Source: Cyanophora paradoxa CCMP329 (Eukaryota > Plantae > Glaucophyta). Taken from it: 39,603 nt of DNA. The notes beneath the pieces were generated by a model. The model was given only the letters and a program-made list of their open reading frames with translations, was not told where the DNA came from and made no database searches. The stretch is from the NCBI GenBank assembly GCA_004431415.1, contig QPMI01000366.1, positions 1 through 39,603 on the forward strand. The letters are read 5' to 3'. Positions within the stretch are counted from its first letter, which is position 1; the number at the start of each line of letters is the position of its first letter. Position numbers and translations under genes: made by a program. This document shows positions 1 through 12,259 of this stretch, piece by piece.

Positions 1-272
1 TCTAGATCATCGGATCTAGCCTAGTAGCTAGAGATCTATGAGACACCATGATAACGATCACGACGTCGACACCCAGTGGTGATTGATCATTGATTGATCA
101 TTGATGGACCGCATAGCCCAGTGGCTCAGCGGCTTACTCATCCAATCGCGAGCGCTTTTGCGATTCCGGTGGAGATCGAAGCCTTGCACGTTATGATAAA
201 AAGTTGAGAGCGGCCTTAGACAGGCACAGCGGCGCAATGCTCGAGCCACGGTCTCGCTCCGGTAGCCACGCA

Positions 273-364
273 CTAGCCCGCCCCCGCCCGCGGCGGTGCC
301 CGCACGGATCGCGCGGCGGCCCGCGCCTCCACATCCTGCGTGGCCGCATCACGATCAGCCCCCC

Positions 365-395
<31 letters not shown>

Positions 396-3284
396 GCGAC
401 GGGGAAAGGCGTACCCGGACGACGGCGCGGAGGCGGTCGGGGTCCGTGAAGAAGTCGACGAACAGGCGACGCGTGTACCCCATCTCCCCCGCCCCCCGCT
501 GCTCCTCCGCCTGCGCCCCGACCCGCTGAAGCGCTAGCCCGGGGGTACCGTGGGACCTGGGGTACAGTGCGCACGCGGACGCGCTGGCGGTAGTCGTCGA
601 CGTACTTGGCGACCTGCGCGGAGCGTGGGGGGGGGAAGCACCAGCGGGGGGTACGCAGTCCGCGGACCTCCTCGTGCAGCCGCGCGCGGGCGGCCGCCAC
701 TTCGTTCGCCATCTCCGACAGCTCCTGCGGGGCGCCTCAGCGTTGTCGCTCGGGCGGGGAAATGAGGGGGGCGCGGGCGCGCCCGCGGGGTGAGCTCGAA
801 GGGCGTGCCGAGGCCCTCCGGGCAGAGGACGAGCCCGAGCGCCTCGATCCCGTCCTTCCTGCGGCGTTGCGGGGTCAGGGCGCGCGCGCTCGCCGGGCGC
901 GGGGGGTGCGCGCGTGACGGCCGACGCGGCGGCGGCCTCCTCCTCCGCCCTCTTCAGCTGCTCCTTCAGCTCGTCCCGCTGCGACGAGGGCTCGGGGGCC
1001 GGGGGAAGCAGGCGAGGGCGGAGGGGGCGCGGGGCACGGGCCTTGGCGAGGAGGCGGCGGGAGGCGTCGACGAGGGCGGCGGGGTACGGGGCGCCCTCGT
1101 CAAGGAAGCCCCGGAGGAGGGCGGCGGCGGCGAGGGCGTCGGGGTGCCGCGCCGAGATCCGCCGCTCGAACTCCTCCCGCCGGTCCTGCCGCAGCGCTCC
1201 GTACGCCGCCTGCGGGGTCCCGCCGCCGCGCCGCCGCTCAGCGCACGCCGCGCCCCGCCCGGGGCGCCGTGGGGGGCGCACCATGCGCGCGGCGAGCGCG
1301 TCGCTCTCGTTCTGCAGCCACTCCAGCGCGACGCCCACCTGCAGGGCGCCCCCCGGATCGAGGGCGGTGCTCGAACCCAGAGCTGCGCCGGGCCGGGCGG
1401 GGCGCACGTCGGCGGAGTGGTCGAGGAGGCGCCGCCACTCGACGTCCAGCACGCCCTGCGCCGTCGCCAGCCGCGCCTGCCCGGCCCCGCGCGGCGCAGG
1501 CCCGGTCGACCCCACGCGGGCGGGCGGGCCTCGGGCGGGGGCGGGGCGCACGCGCTGGGAGAGGAGGGCCTCTGTCATGGCGCCCACGTGGCCCTCCAGC
1601 CACGCCCGCCGCGCCTCCAGCCCGGCCTCGTACTCCCCCCGGATCGCCGCCGCCTGCCGCCGCCGCTGCCGTGAGGCCCGGCGGGGCGGCGAGGGGCGCC
1701 CCGGGCGGGCCCTGGCGTCGGCGACGCGGGCGGAGCGCTCGCGGAGGGCCTCCAGCTTGGCCTCCACGGCCCCGGGGGCGCCCGGCCCCGCGCCGCCGCC
1801 GCCGCCAGCACCTCCTCCGCCCCCGCCCCGCCCTGCGCCAGCTTCCCCAGCGCCTCGATCTGCGCCCCGCCCCACGTCGGCCGGAGACCGCGGCGGGGCG
1901 GGGGCGGGGAGGGCGGCGGGGCCCACGACGGCCTCGTGGGCGCTGAGGCGGGCCGCCTGCCGCGCCCGCTGCACCTCCACCGCCGGCGTCCTGCGCGGGA
2001 CCGTCGGGCGCCGGGGGCTCCGCGCCGGGGCCGGCGGGGCGCACGCGGCGCGGAGGCGCTCGAGCTCGTCGAGGAGGCCGGCGCTGCGCTCGCCCTCCAG
2101 CCGCTCCGCCTCCGCCACCGCCCGCCGCAGCCGCTCCGCCACGCCCCTCGCCTCCTCCCCGTCCCACCCGCCCGCCCCGCCCGCCCCTTCCCCCTCGCCC
2201 TCGTCCTCCTCGTCATCTTCCTCGTCCTCGTCCTCGTCGCGGCAGGTGCGCTCGATGCGGCGGGCGAGGCGCCTGGCGCGGGCGACGACGGCGGCGGCGA
2301 GGCGGCGCTCGGCCTCCAGCCACGGGCGCACGTCCGTGTAGCAGAGGAACGCCGGCTCCGGCGCCGCCGACTCCGCCGAGCCGGCGGCGGCGGCGGCGTG
2401 GCGGAGGAGGAGGCGGAGGCGCCCGGGGCGGGGCGTGGGCGGGGCGGGGGCGGCGGGGCGCGGGGGAGAGGAGGGGAGGGAGGCGAGGAGGGCGGGGGCG
2501 GGCCGGTGGAGGGCGGCGAGGCGGTGGCAGGCCCCCGCCAGCTCCTCCAGCGCCGCGTTCATCTGAGGCCCCCCCGCGTCAGCCGCGGCCCTCCCGCCGC
2601 GCGGATCCGGAGGGCGGCGCACGTTGGCGTTGGCGGCGTGGATCTCGGTGCGGTGGGAGGAGGGCGCCCCCTCGGCGGCCGCCTCGTCCGCCTCGGCCCG
2701 CGCGGCGGCGGTCTTGGCGTGCACCGCCTGGCAGGCCGCCACCAGCCGATCCCGCGTCCGCACCAGCGCCTCCTGTCGCGCCTTCAGCGGCTGCAGGCGC
2801 GCCGAGAGCTTCTCCACCCGCGCGCTGCCGCCGCCGCCCGTCAGCGGCGCCCGGGCTGAAGCGCGGGAAGCCATAGAAGGCGAACCGGACGGCGGCCGCC
2901 GGCTCCCTCTGCGGCCGCTCCTCGACCTCCCTCAGCGCCGCCTGCAGCGCCTCGCCCGAGAGCGCGCGCCCCGTCCGCACGAGCTCATTGTACCTGGCGT
3001 GGGCGCGGGCGGTGTCAGCGCGAGCGCTGCGCTTGAATTCGAACGCGGGCCGCGAGCGCGCACGCTGCGCGGTCCTCGGAACTGACGAAGTTGCGCTCCT
3101 TCGTCACGTTCTCCGTGAGCCAGTTGAAGAGTGTACGGACGGAGTCTGGCGCGTTCGCGTAGAGCCACTCGACGGCGGCCGGGTCGATGCGCTCTGGGTA
3201 GTCGAGGGCAGCGAGGAGCTGACGCAGCGCCAGGGGCCCCGTCCGCTGCGCGAGGCTCCTGTCGGACTTCGGGTGGTCCGACAT
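273..3284 (-). CDS. HAUS3: HAUS augmin-like complex subunit 3 (AUG3), multi-exon
   Basis: N-terminus LDYPERIDPAAVEWLY..LFNWLTENV..NFVS..YNEL.RTGRALSGEALQAAL resembles the HAUS3 N-terminus. C-terminal RRLFVDFFTDPDRLRAVVR resembles the AUG3 motif VFVDFFCNPERL. Coiled-coil exons are separated by short introns. Last exon 335-273 ends in TAG. Internal exon boundaries only partly resolved. Confidence 0.82.
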
Positions 3285-3472
3285 GGTCGCTGCCTCTCGC
3301 GGACGACCCGCTCAGCTAGGAAACGCCACGAGAGCGCCTCGCACGCCTCGAAACGCCGGAGTTCGTGGAAGTTTAGGGGTACAGGGGCGACGCGACGACC
3401 ACGATACATCAGCTTCAAATCAGCCTCAGCACATCTCGGGAAGGATCACCTCAGCACACACATCAGCAAGCC

Positions 3473-4054
3473 ATGAGCCAGGCCCAGATACACGCGCCCT
3501 CGCGCGGCATCAACAAGCGCTCGAAGAGGAAACGGGTCCTCGCGCGAGGTGCGTCCGCCGCCCGTGCGCTGCCCAGAGAGCCCGGCAGCTCGAGCGCAGC
3601 CCCCGTGACAGCGCCCCGCGAGCGCTCGGCCTCACGATCGCGGGCGTACGCAGGCATCGACCTCATCTACGAGGACGTGAAGCCAGAAAACGCGGAGAAG
3701 TTCAAGAACCTGCCGATAGACGACGACCTGCCTGGACTGGGCCAGCACTACTGCATCCAGTGCAGGCGGGCCGCCCGCGCCCGCCACGCCGCGCTCGCCG
3801 CCAACCGCGCGCCGCAGTCGGTACTTCGTTTCTGATGAGATCCTCAAGGCGCACACGAGGAGCAAAGCCCACAAGAAGCGGTGCGCCCTCGGGGCACGGG
3901 CAGCCGGGCGCACGGGGCCCCCCAGTGATCCCCGCCGGCGCGCAGGCTCAAGGAGCTTAAGGAGGAGCCGTACTCGCACAGGGAAGCGGAGGCGGCGGCG
4001 GGAATGGGACCGCCGGACAACGGGAAGACCTCAAAGGACAAGATGCAGACGTAG
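3473..4054 (+). CDS. ZNF593: Zinc finger protein 593 / Bud20 (60S biogenesis), 4 exons
   Basis: Introns 3549-3653, 3766-3817 (GC-AG) and 3881-3945. Spliced product: ...[72 protein letters not shown], the typical ZNF593/Bud20 C2H2 finger and flanks. Confidence 0.93.
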
Positions 4055-4256
4055 GCCGCAGGCGCCGGGCTGCGGCTGCCGCGGTGCAGCTAGCGCTCGC
4101 GCCCCTTCTCACCCCCAGCGCTCCACCTCCGGCCCTCCAGCGTTCACACTCCGCCTCCTCTCCCGCCGCCCCCCACCGTGGCACCCCTAGCTTAGTAGCT
4201 CTGTCTCAAGTCGACCACGTGCTCCTGGCTTGACCCGTGAAGGTCCTCAGCGATAC

Positions 4257-7200
4257 TCAATAGCGTTCACATAATGCGGGAATAAGGAGAATACTAGGAT
4301 ACACGCAGGGGCGGGCCCGGGCGGTGTCCTCGCTGCTAGGCTGGGCCCCCGCGGCGCCGGCGGGTCGCTCACCGCCGCCGCCGCGGTCTGGACTGCCCGC
4401 TGCCCCTGTGCAGCTGGCTAGGAGCAGACGCGCTTCCGCGCGCACATCTCGCCGCCTGCGGTGCGCAGGGCTCGGCGAGGAGACGCGCCGGGGGGGCAGG
4501 GGCGGGCGGGGGCGCGCACGGGCGGCGGCGGCGGCCTCGTCCTCGTCGGAGGAGTCCTCGGCGCCCTCCTCCTTGGGGTCCGTGAGGATCCACTCGGTGG
4601 CGAACTTGGAGCCCCACGAGCGCATCGCGTCGTGCTCGCTGCCGCCCCCGCGTAAGAGGGCCCCGCGGGGCGCTCCTGTCGAGTGCGGGGGCGGGGCACC
4701 TGCGGCGGCCGCGGAGGTGCCCGACGCGGGTGAACTCGACGGTGCCCGACTTGGGGTTGATCCCGACGATGGGCTCGTGGTGCGCCCTGCCGCCCCCGGC
4801 CGTGAGAGGGGCGCGGGGCGGGGCGGGGCGGGGCGGGGACCCGGCGGCGGCCTCGACGAGCTCGGAGAGGGCCCCGTCGTCGTGGCCCCGGAAGCCCCGC
4901 CCCTCCTCCTCCCGCTGCGTCCCCGGCCGGATCCGCTCCTGCCCCGCCCGGCCTCACGGGCGGCGGCGAGGGGCGGGCGGGGGGCGGGCGGGGCCACGCA
5001 CGGGGCGGGGCGACGGCTGCACGATGACCACCTCGTCGTCGGCCTCGGCGCCGGCGTCCGCCCCGGGGCGCCCCGCCTGCAGCCGCGCAACCGGCTCCGC
5101 CATCGAGCTGCTCCTGCGCCCCGCCGCCTCTTCAGAGCGCCGCCCCGCTGCCGGCCGCCCCGTGCCGGCTCAGAGAACGCACCGGGAGAGAGGCGCGCCG
5201 GCGGTGGCGGGGGTACGGTTGCGGGAGGAGGTGCGGGGCGGGTTGACCTTCGGGAGGGGAGGGGAGGGTGCCGGCCGGCGGCCGGCCGGCTTCCAGGGGG
5301 CGGGGGCGGGGGAGGAGAGGGCTAGGCGGGGGGCGGCGGCGGCGGGCGAGACGGGGGCGCTCCGGGGCTTAGGGGAAGGCGAGGGGCCCGCCTTGCCGGC
5401 AGGCGGGGACGGGGCGGCGGCGGGGGCGCGGGGCCGGGAGGCGGGGAGGCCCCGGGGTGCCTCCGGGGGGGCGGGGGCGGGGGGCCTCCGGGGCGCGCGC
5501 GGCGAGGGCGGCCACCTCCGCCTCCTCCTCCTCCTCCTCCTCCTCGGCCCCCGAGGTGGCCGTGGAGGCGTCCGAGGCGGAGCGGACGCGGCAGAGGGGC
5601 GGCTGGTCCAGCAGCGTGATCACCGTGCAGTCCACCGGCGAGGCCGGCGGCAGCCCGCACGGCACCGCGTGCGCCCCCGCCCCCGGCTTCCCCGGCGTCC
5701 CCGCCGGCGCCCCCGCCGCCGCCTTCCCCGGCGAGGCGGCCGCCGTCTCCGTCGCCGGCGCCGCCTCCCCCTCGGGCTCCGACACCCTGCGCCGCCCGTC
5801 GGGGGCTGCCGAGGCGCCGGCGGGGATGCAGGGGAAGCGAGGTACGTGAGGTCGATGGAGAAGGAAGCGGCGGTGGCGGCGGCGGCGGCGGTGAAGGCGG
5901 AGCCCAGGCCGCCCTGCGCGGGCACGTGAGGCGGGGCGGGGCGTCGGACGCCTCAACGGGCGGGCTCGCCTCGCGGCCGATGAGGGCGGCGGTGCTCGGC
6001 GGGGGCGAAGCCGACGCGATCCGCTGCAGAATCTGCGCGCGCCCGGCGTGAGGGGCGCCCCGGGGCGCGCCGGCCCCGCGGGGTGAAACCTTCGGCTTGG
6101 AGGGAGAAGGGGCAGAGGGCCGTCCCCGTTGGGCGGGCTGGAGGAGACGGCGGGGGCGGGGGCGGGGAGGCGGGCGACCCCTCCCGCTTCTCCGGCGTCC
6201 CCGCCGCCTCCACGCGTCGCGCCGCGCCAGACGGGCCCGCCGCCGGCTCGCCCGCCGCCGCCGCCGCCGCCGCCGCCGAGGGAGAGGACGGCCCCGCCGG
6301 CGCCGGCGCCTGCCCCGCCCGCTCCTTCTCCTTTTCCTTCTCCTTCTCCCGCGCCGCCGCGAGCTCCATGCGCGCCCTGCGCGGCTCAGCGGGCGCGGGA
6401 CGGGGAGCCGGCGGGCGGGGCGGCACTTGTGGCGGGCGAGGCGGCCCTTGTTGTGCGCGTGCCACGTCCGCAGCGCGCGGTCCGAGCGCTCCTGCGGGCG
6501 GGCGGGCCGGCGGGCGGGCGGGCCTCAGCGGGGCGGGGAAGAAGACGGGAGAGCGGGCTCCCCTCGCGGGGCGCGCACGTTGAAGAGGCGGACGAGGTGC
6601 TCGAGGCCCTCGTCGGAGAGGAAGCGCACGTGCTCCCGCATCGTCTCCAGGCACGCCTGCCGGCCCGTCAGGCCCCGGCCAGCGCCCGCCCCGCAAGGCC
6701 CCGGGGTAGTGCGCGCACGGAGATGACGCCGTCGCGGGCGCGGGCGATGATGTCCGCGGCGGCGGCGTCGAAGGCCGCGGGGTCGAGGGGCGTCGCCGCC
6801 CCCCGCACCACCCGCTCGTAGAAGCGCACCTCCACCTGCCGCCCCCGCCGCTCGGCCCCGCCCCCGCCGCGAGCCGGGAGCCGCGTTTGACCCGCGCCGC
6901 CGCACCTCGTCGAAGGCCACGGCGATGACGGCGTTGATGCGGTTGAAGAGCTGCCGGCAGGGGGGCAGAGCGCGCGTCAGCCGCGAGGCAGCGCCGGGCG
7001 GCGCTCGGGGGCGGGGCGCGCACCTCGTCCTTCGCCATTACGTTCTGCTGGTTCGCCCAGTACAGCAGGTCGTCCGCCTGCGCCCGCCCCGCTCGCCCGG
7101 GGCGCGGGGGCGGGCGGGCGGCTGGCCATGGGCTGCTGGGGCCGCACCCGGGCCCGGAAGAGCCGCGCGCAGCGCTTGAGCTCCGACACGTCGACGCCCT

Positions 7201-8038
7201 CGTTCTCAAGGCGCACGCAGGAGCGCGCCAGCGAGGTCAGGCCCCGCGAGATCGCCGCCTCGAAGCGCCCGTCGAAGTCTGCCCCCGCGCGCTCGGCGGA
7301 GCAGGCCGCGGAAAGGACATGCGACCCGCGGACCGGAATTGGAGAGCGGCATCTTGCCAAGAACGTTGCGCTGGAGGTCGCTCTCGAACTCCGCGACCTG
7401 CCTCGTGGCCGCGTAAGCAAACGCCTCCCCGAGTCCCCGCGACACTTCCCGGGCCGCACCGCACGCTGCAGGACCTTGCTGGAGTCGGAGCTAAGCCCCG
7501 CGGCTATCAGCTCGGCCACGCCCATCTTGTGCAGCGCACTGAGGACGCCCGAGCAGCACGCCTGGCGAAACCGGGTTAGCGTGGCGTCTCCAGCAAAGAC
7601 TAGCCCCGCCTGGCGGAAGCGGGACTGCTTTGACTTCTCCCGCGAAGCCTATCCTGTGATCTCTAAAGCAGCGGAATCTCGCGTCGCACAAGGGCTTGGG
7701 CTCTCTTGGCCTGGGCAGCGATCCGAGGCGTGATGGGCGGTGCCTGTGCAGTCGGCGATCCCCGATACGAATTCGAAGCTACGGGCGCGTGCCCGTGTGG
7801 TCGCCGCGCTGGTATGGGCGAGGTTGCGCCCTCTTTCGTGGGTGCATCTTTCGCAGAAGCACGTGCCATAGCAGCGGCGGCTTCTGCAGCGCTCGCCATC
7901 GCTGCAGCCAAGCCCCGTGCGGGGCAGGGGGGGGCGAAGTTGGCACCGAGGGGTACTGCCACTTCGCTCGTTCGCCTGCGAATCCTCGATCCGTCCCTGC
8001 TCGCAGCGACCCGCCCGCTTGCCGGGGAGCTCATTGCA
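4257..8038 (-). CDS. Multi-exon hypothetical protein: helical N-terminal/central domain and long low-complexity C-terminal half (ends approximate)
   Basis: Protein-like exons (VAEFESDLQRNVLGKM; DFDGRFEAAISRGLTSLARSCVRLENEG; DDLLYWANQQNVMAKDE; LFNRINAVIAVAFDE; ACLETMREHVRFLSDEGLEHLVRLFN; WGSKFATEWILTDPKEE) are bounded by GTGCG...CAG introns. No family recognised. Confidence 0.6.
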
Positions 8039-8318
8039 TATGCAGTAGTCGGATACAGCAGCCGGTCCCCACGCGCCCCTCCGGTTGTTGAGCTGTCATC
8101 CTTCAACTTTCACCTTTTCCGCTTCGAGGGGGTACGCAGTTCAACCGGTGAGCAGCGCCCATCAATGCCCGGCCCTAGAGCATAAAAGGCGACTTTGCGT
8201 CGTGCAGAATCGCAATTCGCAAAGCTAGCCTTCTCGAGAATCTATCTCACGAACCCTATCGCGGTTTGCAGACTTCGTCGGTGCTATCCCGGTCGTTCGT
8301 TCGTCTCTAGCGGAAACA

Positions 8319-10159
8319 ATGACTGTCCACGAGGAGGAGATCTTCCTGTTCACTTCGGAGTCCGTCAACGAGGGCCACCCCGGTGCGCTCGCGCGCAAGC
8401 ACGCGGCCTCTAGCGCCCAACTGACTCCGTCGCCCGGGCAGACAAGCTTTGCGATCAGGTGTCGGATGCTGTCCTCGATGCCTGCCTGAAGGAGGACCCC
8501 GCCTCGAAGGTCGCTTGCGGTGTGTCGCGATTGCGGGTTGCGGCCAAGATTCCCGCGCTCATCGGGACTCGGCGCTCCGCGCAGAGACCTGCACCAAGAC
8601 CGGCATGGTTATGGTGTTCGGCGAGATCACCACGAAGGCGAAGGTGAACTACGAGCAGGTCGTTCGCGACACCCTCAAGCACATTGGCTACGATGACGCC
8701 AAGAAGGGTGCGCCGCCGCGGGCTAGTAGTTGAATTGGTTGCGCCTCGTTCTAGAAAAGAGCATTCGTTCGCTCTTCCAGCCCCGGGCTGCGGGGATTTG
8801 GCTCGCCGAGTGCTGACAGTCGTTTCGCCCAGGCATTGACTACAAGGACTGCAACGTCGTCGTTCACATCGAGGAGCAGAGCCCCGATATCGCACAGGGC
8901 GTGCACATCAACAAGGCTGACCTCGAGGTCGGCGCCGGCGACCAGGTGCCATTGCCGGCTTCGCTTCTTGCGTTTCTTCGGCTCACGCTGGGGCGTGCGC
9001 GTGCAGGGCCACATGTTCGGCTACGCTTCGGATGAGACCCCGGAGCTCATGCCCCTCACCCACACCCTGGCCACCCAGCTCGGCTACCGCCTCACTGAGG
9101 CCCGCAAGAACGGCGAGTGCCCGTGGCTCCGCCCGGACGGCAAGACGCAGGTTCGCCATCATTCAGCCGATTCGCACTCTTCGCGCGAGCGCGCAGGCTC
9201 GACCCTCGGCTCACGCGGAACGCGCAGGTCACCGTCGAGTACAAGCGCGTCGGCGGCAAGCTGACTCCCCTCCGCGTCCACACCATCCTCATCTCCACCC
9301 AGCACTCTGAGGAGGTCACCAACGAGGTCATCCGCAAGGTCCGTCGGCCGCCGGCCTGGCCCGACCGCGCCGCCGCGCCGCCGTCCCCGACGCCGCGGCG
9401 CGCAGGAGCTGATGGAGAAGATCATCAAGCCCGTCGTGCCCGCGAAGTACCTCGACGACAAGACCATCTACCACCTGAACCCCTCCGGCCGGTTAGCCCG
9501 CCCGCCCACTCGCGCTCGCGGTGCGAGTGCGGCGCGCCTGACCGTCGGCCGGCCGCGCAGCTTCGTCATTGGTGGCCCGCACGGTGACGCCGGCCTCACC
9601 GGCCGCAAGATCATCATCGACACCTACGGCGGCTGGGGCGCGCACGGCGGTGGCGCCTTCTCGGGCAAGGACCCGACCAAGGTCGACCGCTCGGCCGCCT
9701 ACGCCGCCCGCTGGGTCGCCAAGTCCCTCGTCGCCGCTGGCCTCGCCCACCGCCTCATCGCCCAGGTCCGCCTCGCACGCGCGCGCCTCGCGCTCAGCCG
9801 GCCGGCCGGCCGACCCCTCGCGGCAGGTCTCGTACGCCATCGGTGTCGCGGAGCCGCTCTCCGTCTACGTCGACTCGTACGGCACCTCGAAGCTGACCAA
9901 CGCCGAGCTCCTCGAGATCGTCAAGGCCAACTTCAACCTCAAGCCCGGCTACATCGCCCGCGACCTTGACCTCCTCAAGTGCGCCGTGCCCCCGCGCCCC
10001 GCTCCTCCTTCCTTTTCATCCCTTTCTTACGGCGCGTGCAGGCCGCGGTACCTCAAGACGGCCGCGTACGGCCACTTCGGGCGCGACGACGGCGACTTCA
10101 CCTGGGAGAAGCCCAAGCAGCTCACCATCCCCGAGCACCTCAAGGCCAAGGTCAAGTAG
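8319..10159 (+). CDS. MAT: S-adenosylmethionine synthetase (methionine adenosyltransferase, canonical MAT), 10 exons
   Basis: Motifs [68 protein letters not shown] and [13 protein letters not shown] introns at 8383-8441, 8520-8584, 8708-8832, 8946-9006, 9151-9227, 9339-9405, 9492-9560, 9766-9826 and 9979-10041 give one open frame. Confidence 0.98.
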
Positions 10160-12259
10160 AGCGGACCGCAGGGGCCCCCTTCAACACGGATAGCCTAGTA
10201 GCGAACCAATTTTGTTCTTCTTTGAACATCTAGGGTATCTTGCAGCTGCAGCGTGAAGGCGCGGACGGTGGGGGCCGGGTGGGGGCACTTAGGTTGAAGG
10301 CATTCGATGCGTCGCGAATGCCTTGACACAGAGGCCAACGCGCTCGGGTTCGAATTCTCAATTTGCGGGTGTGACCAACAATGAGGCTTGGCCGGGTACC
10401 GGTACTCTCAGCCCTGGCGCCGGCCCCGGGCAACGCTCGCCTATAGCTACGTAAACAGCTGCAGTAACGGAGCGTCACGGAGCCAGCACAGCTGAGCAGC
10501 CGCTTGTGCAACTGGCCTGATCATGGCAGTGATGTCATACGACGCCAGCGCCGGCCGCGCGCGGCCAGTTGACCAGTGGGCCGGGCAGTAGCGCCGGCAG
10601 GGCGCGGAGTCGTCCCGAGGCTCGTGTGTATGCTTCGATGGCATTCTCGATGACATTGCGGGGCGCTGTTCCCCGGCCCGCACGATTGACGGCATGTCAT
10701 GATCATGTGTCGGTCGCTCCGACATGAGCTCGAGTCGCTCCGAGGCATGACATTGAGGGACGTTGCGGCCTTCAAATCGGACGACATCGCAGCGCGCCTC
10801 GCGGCCGCCGCGAACTGGTTGAATTCGAACATAGCCGCGCCGCGGCGGCGCGCTAGCGCTGCTAGCTGTCTAGATCGATATCTCCTAATCGGCGCCCTCT
10901 GATCGCTTCCCATGGGTGCGTGTCGCTGCTAGCGTCGTATTCGCCGCCCGGCCGCGGACGCTGCCCCATGCATGTGCGCGCCTCCGGCCTCGAGCTCACA
11001 GTGAGCTCCCCGCATGCGCAGGCCTAGCTTCAACCATAGGCCGGCTTGCGTCGGCTTGCGGGCCTTGGGGACGGCTCCGTGTTTCTTCATAGTGGTATGC
11101 TTAAGGAGTGCGCGCGCACCTCCGCCTGCTCGCCGCCCCGCGCCTCGAACTCCCCGATCGCGAGCTCGAGCCCCGGACCGGATCCCCGCAGCAGGCTCCG
11201 GACCGATCCGCTGCCCGTCCGGACTCTACCTCGCCGCGAACGCTCGCCTCACCTTGCGGGGCGCTTGCCTCATGATATCGATCACGGACTGGCGGGCGCT
11301 GGCCGCGTGAACGTGGCCCGCCGGCGCCGCAGCGCCCCGGCCATGTCTCGCGGCCACACCTCGGCCGCGGCCCGCCCGCCCTTGAGCTCGCCCAGCGTCT
11401 CGTCCAAGGCCTTCCTCAGCGCCTCCCGTCCGGGCCCCGCATCCGTGGCCCATATATGGCCAGCAACGTGCGGCGCGGGGCGATCGCCTCGAGCTCCTCC
11501 TCCTCCCGGCGCGGCCCCGCGCCGGCCCGCGAGACCCTTGAGCGGCCCTGCTGAAGGTTGCCCCCCCTCGCCCCGCCGTCTCTCCCTGCCTCATGGTGCT
11601 CGCAGGGCCAGAAGACGATGGTGGGCCGGCCCCAGATGGCCCCCGGGGGGCCACGGGCCCCGGCACTGCTTCAACTCAGCCCGCTTGAGCACGCGCCGGC
11701 ATGAGTCCCCCGGCGGCCGGCGCCCCCATTAGTGGGCGAGTGGCGGGCTGGCGTCCGCGCTTGTTGCAGAAGATCGTCAGCACCGCCTGCTCCAGCTCCA
11801 GCTCCAGCACCCTGCCCCCCCGCCCGCCGCCTCAGGGGCCGGCGGGGAGGGGCGGGGGCGCCGGGGCGGGGCGCCGCCGCGCCGGCCCGCCGCCGGGGGC
11901 GGTGTGCCTGAAGAGCTCGTCGAGGGAGGCCGCGGAGCGGCGGAGGGCTGGAGGGCCAGTGGAGGCGGCGAACGAGTCCACGTAAGAATCGGTAAGATTC
12001 GTAAGAGTGATTTAGTCAATTGCGACGCTTCGACACTCACAGAGGTACGTGTCTTCGAATGAATTCTGGTGGGAATGATCGAACACGAGTAATTATATTA
12101 ATTACGCAAAATATATATATATATATAGTTAATTCTAACGGTTTAAACAAAACTTCAAATTACATATGCTGCATATATATGCGCCTTTTTAGTATATATA
12201 GGCTAGATATATAGCATGCATTACAATTTCCTTTTTTAAATCGACGGGCTTTGTAATTT

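Noticed and set aside
359-393. Poly-C tract as a telomere or functional element
   Set aside because: It lies within the last HAUS3 intron, and homopolymer length is unreliable.
355-2874. 839-aa ORF and the many overlapping Arg/Pro/Gly-rich ORFs in 1-13 kb as independent genes
   Set aside because: They arise from stop-codon scarcity in very GC-rich DNA, reading through introns or antisense to real exons.
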